DNA of 37,792 nucleotides from Candidatus Bipolaricaulota bacterium (GTDB lineage: Bacteria > Bipolaricaulota > Bipolaricaulia > M55B111), in contig JAGXLP010000001.1 in assembly GCA_018334615.1 (NCBI GenBank), positions 12,476-50,267 on the forward strand, read 5' to 3'. Made by a program: the position numbers and the translations under genes. Positions 36,590-37,792 of the stretch are shown one piece after another; position 1 is the stretch's first letter, and each line of letters starts with the position of its first letter. Under the pieces are notes generated by a model, which worked only from the letters and a program-made list of their open reading frames with translations, did no database searches and had not been told where the DNA came from.

Positions 36590-37792
36590 TTATTTTTGGG
36601 TAATAGGACTCAATTCGCTTTCCATTACCTTTCCCAGACGTCTTATACCTTCTTTTATTTCCTCCGGACTCAAAAGAGAGTAGGAAAGTCGTAGCGTATT
36701 CCTTCCTCCATCGTTTACGTAAAAATGATGGCCGGGAACGAAGGCGACTTTTTCCTCCAGTGCCCTGTCGAATAACAAGTCTACATCCTGGCCTTCCGGT
36801 AAAGTCACCCAGATAAATAAGCCTCCGTTTGGCTCGGTCCAGGTTATCTCTTCAGGAAAAGAACGCGCCATTTCATCCAGCATGGCATCGCGGTTTTCTT
36901 TGTAATAGCCCCTAAGTCCCTTTAGGTGTTCTGAGAGGTCGTTATTTGCCAACCAATCGGCGGCTATCCATTGCGTAGTGGTTGAAGTACAGAGGTCGGT
37001 GGACTGTTTCATTTTCACCATTTCCTGAAGCAACTTTTCTGGCCCCACCGTTACGGCAAGCCTCATTCCGGAGGAAAGTATCTTGGATAAGGAGGTGACG
37101 GTAATTACTCTTTCCGACACGTCGTAGGTACTAATTGGTGGTTTGAAGTCGCCGGAGAACCGAACTCCGAAGTAAGGCGTGTCTTCTACAATGAGTAAGT
37201 CATGTTTCTCTGCAATCCGAGTCAGTCTCTCGCGCTTACTCTCACTCAATGTGACCCCGGTCGGATTTTGGAAATCCGGGATTACGTAGATGAACTTGGA
37301 ATTCTTCCCGGCTTTCTTTGTCTCTTTGATTTTTTCTTCAAGGACGCCAAGATCCATTCCGTCATCTTGAATTGGAATCCCGACCTGCTCTGATTGGAAG
37401 CTGGAAAACGCCTGGACTGCACCAAGGTAAGTCGGAAGTCCGCAAAAAACGACATCGCCGGGATCGATAAATGCCTTACAGACGAGATCGATTGCCTGCT
37501 GAGAGGAGTTAGTTGAGATAATATTTTTCAGCTCAAAGTCCATGCCAAACGACAAGAGCCAATTCATCATTTCCTCTCGAAATTCCTCTACTCCCTCGGT
37601 AGTCCCGTACTGAAGGGACTTCCGGTAATTATTACTTATTTGACGAGCCGCGGATTCCGACAATCCCTTGCTGGGAAACGTCTCTGGCTTTGGCAATCCC
37701 CCGGCAAAAGAGATCACTTCGGACTGCTGGGTGTATTTTAATACCTCCCGAATGGCGGACCTTCCTGTATTTCTTGCTCGTTCTGATAAAAA
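36590..37792 (-). CDS. PLP-dependent aminotransferase, class I/II (COG1167/ARO8-LysN-like), 5' end outside the window
   Basis: It shows ISFAGGLP, IYVIPDFQNPTG and TSLSKIL (PLP lysine context). The frame stays open upstream of the track's GTG to the window edge (FLSERARNTGRSAIREVLKYTQQSEVISFAGG), so the N-terminus is truncated by the window. Confidence 0.85.
   Translation of the reverse strand, partial: FLSERARNTGRSAIREVLKYTQQSEVISFAGGLPKPETFPSKGLSESAARQISNNYRKSLQYGTTEGVEEFREEMMNWLLSFGMDFELKNIISTNSSQQAIDLVCKAFIDPGDVVFCGLPTYLGAVQAFSSFQSEQVGIPIQDDGMDLGVLEEKIKETKKAGKNSKFIYVIPDFQNPTGVTLSESKRERLTRIAEKHDLLIVEDTPYFGVRFSGDFKPPISTYDVSERVITVTSLSKILSSGMRLAVTVGPEKLLQEMVKMKQSTDLCTSTTTQWIAADWLANNDLSEHLKGLRGYYKENRDAMLDEMARSFPEEITWTEPNGGLFIWVTLPEGQDVDLLFDRALEEKVAFVPGHHFYVNDGGRNTLRLSYSLLSPEEIKEGIRRLGKVMESELSPITQK

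Overview
This is a gene-dense bacterial chromosomal window and almost all of it is housekeeping. I did not find a CRISPR array, transposase, integrase, phage genes or a recognisable defense island, and I cannot point to a clear new multi-gene system.

Gene content, left to right:
- yvcK-like gene and a PIN/P-loop ATPase/KH protein.
- A minus-strand RNA block: tRNA-Ser(GGA), a large Alu-domain SRP RNA hidden under an ORF call, thpR/ligT, archease and rtcB.
- topA, a secreted lamin-tail-domain protein, a compact sigma-70 factor and a patatin-like lipase.
- groES-groEL behind a CIRCE operator, then htrA with an OmpR-type two-component system.
- A SERCA-like P-type ATPase.
- A feo iron-uptake operon: dtxR-like repressor, two feoA, a split feoB, an unknown 4-TM protein and a Cys-rich FeoC-like protein.
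- hsp20 behind a CIRCE-like operator.
- A low-coding AT-rich stretch holding one wHTH/coiled-coil gene.
- PiT transporter, nnr-tatD-nfo, spoVS, argS, ftsY, ppdK and a 5'-truncated aminotransferase.

Observations most worth follow-up:
1. The stable-RNA-headed thpR-archease-rtcB cassette, where the tRNA 3' end abuts the SRP RNA 5' end.
2. The wHTH/coiled-coil protein, whose C-terminal helix copies the FtsY N-terminal membrane-targeting motif.
3. An orphan structured intergenic region between feo and hsp20, whose long inverted repeat carries CIRCE half-site cores.
4. Uncharacterised accessory genes inside the feo operon.

All calls rest on reading the sequence and recalling family motifs. No searches were run.
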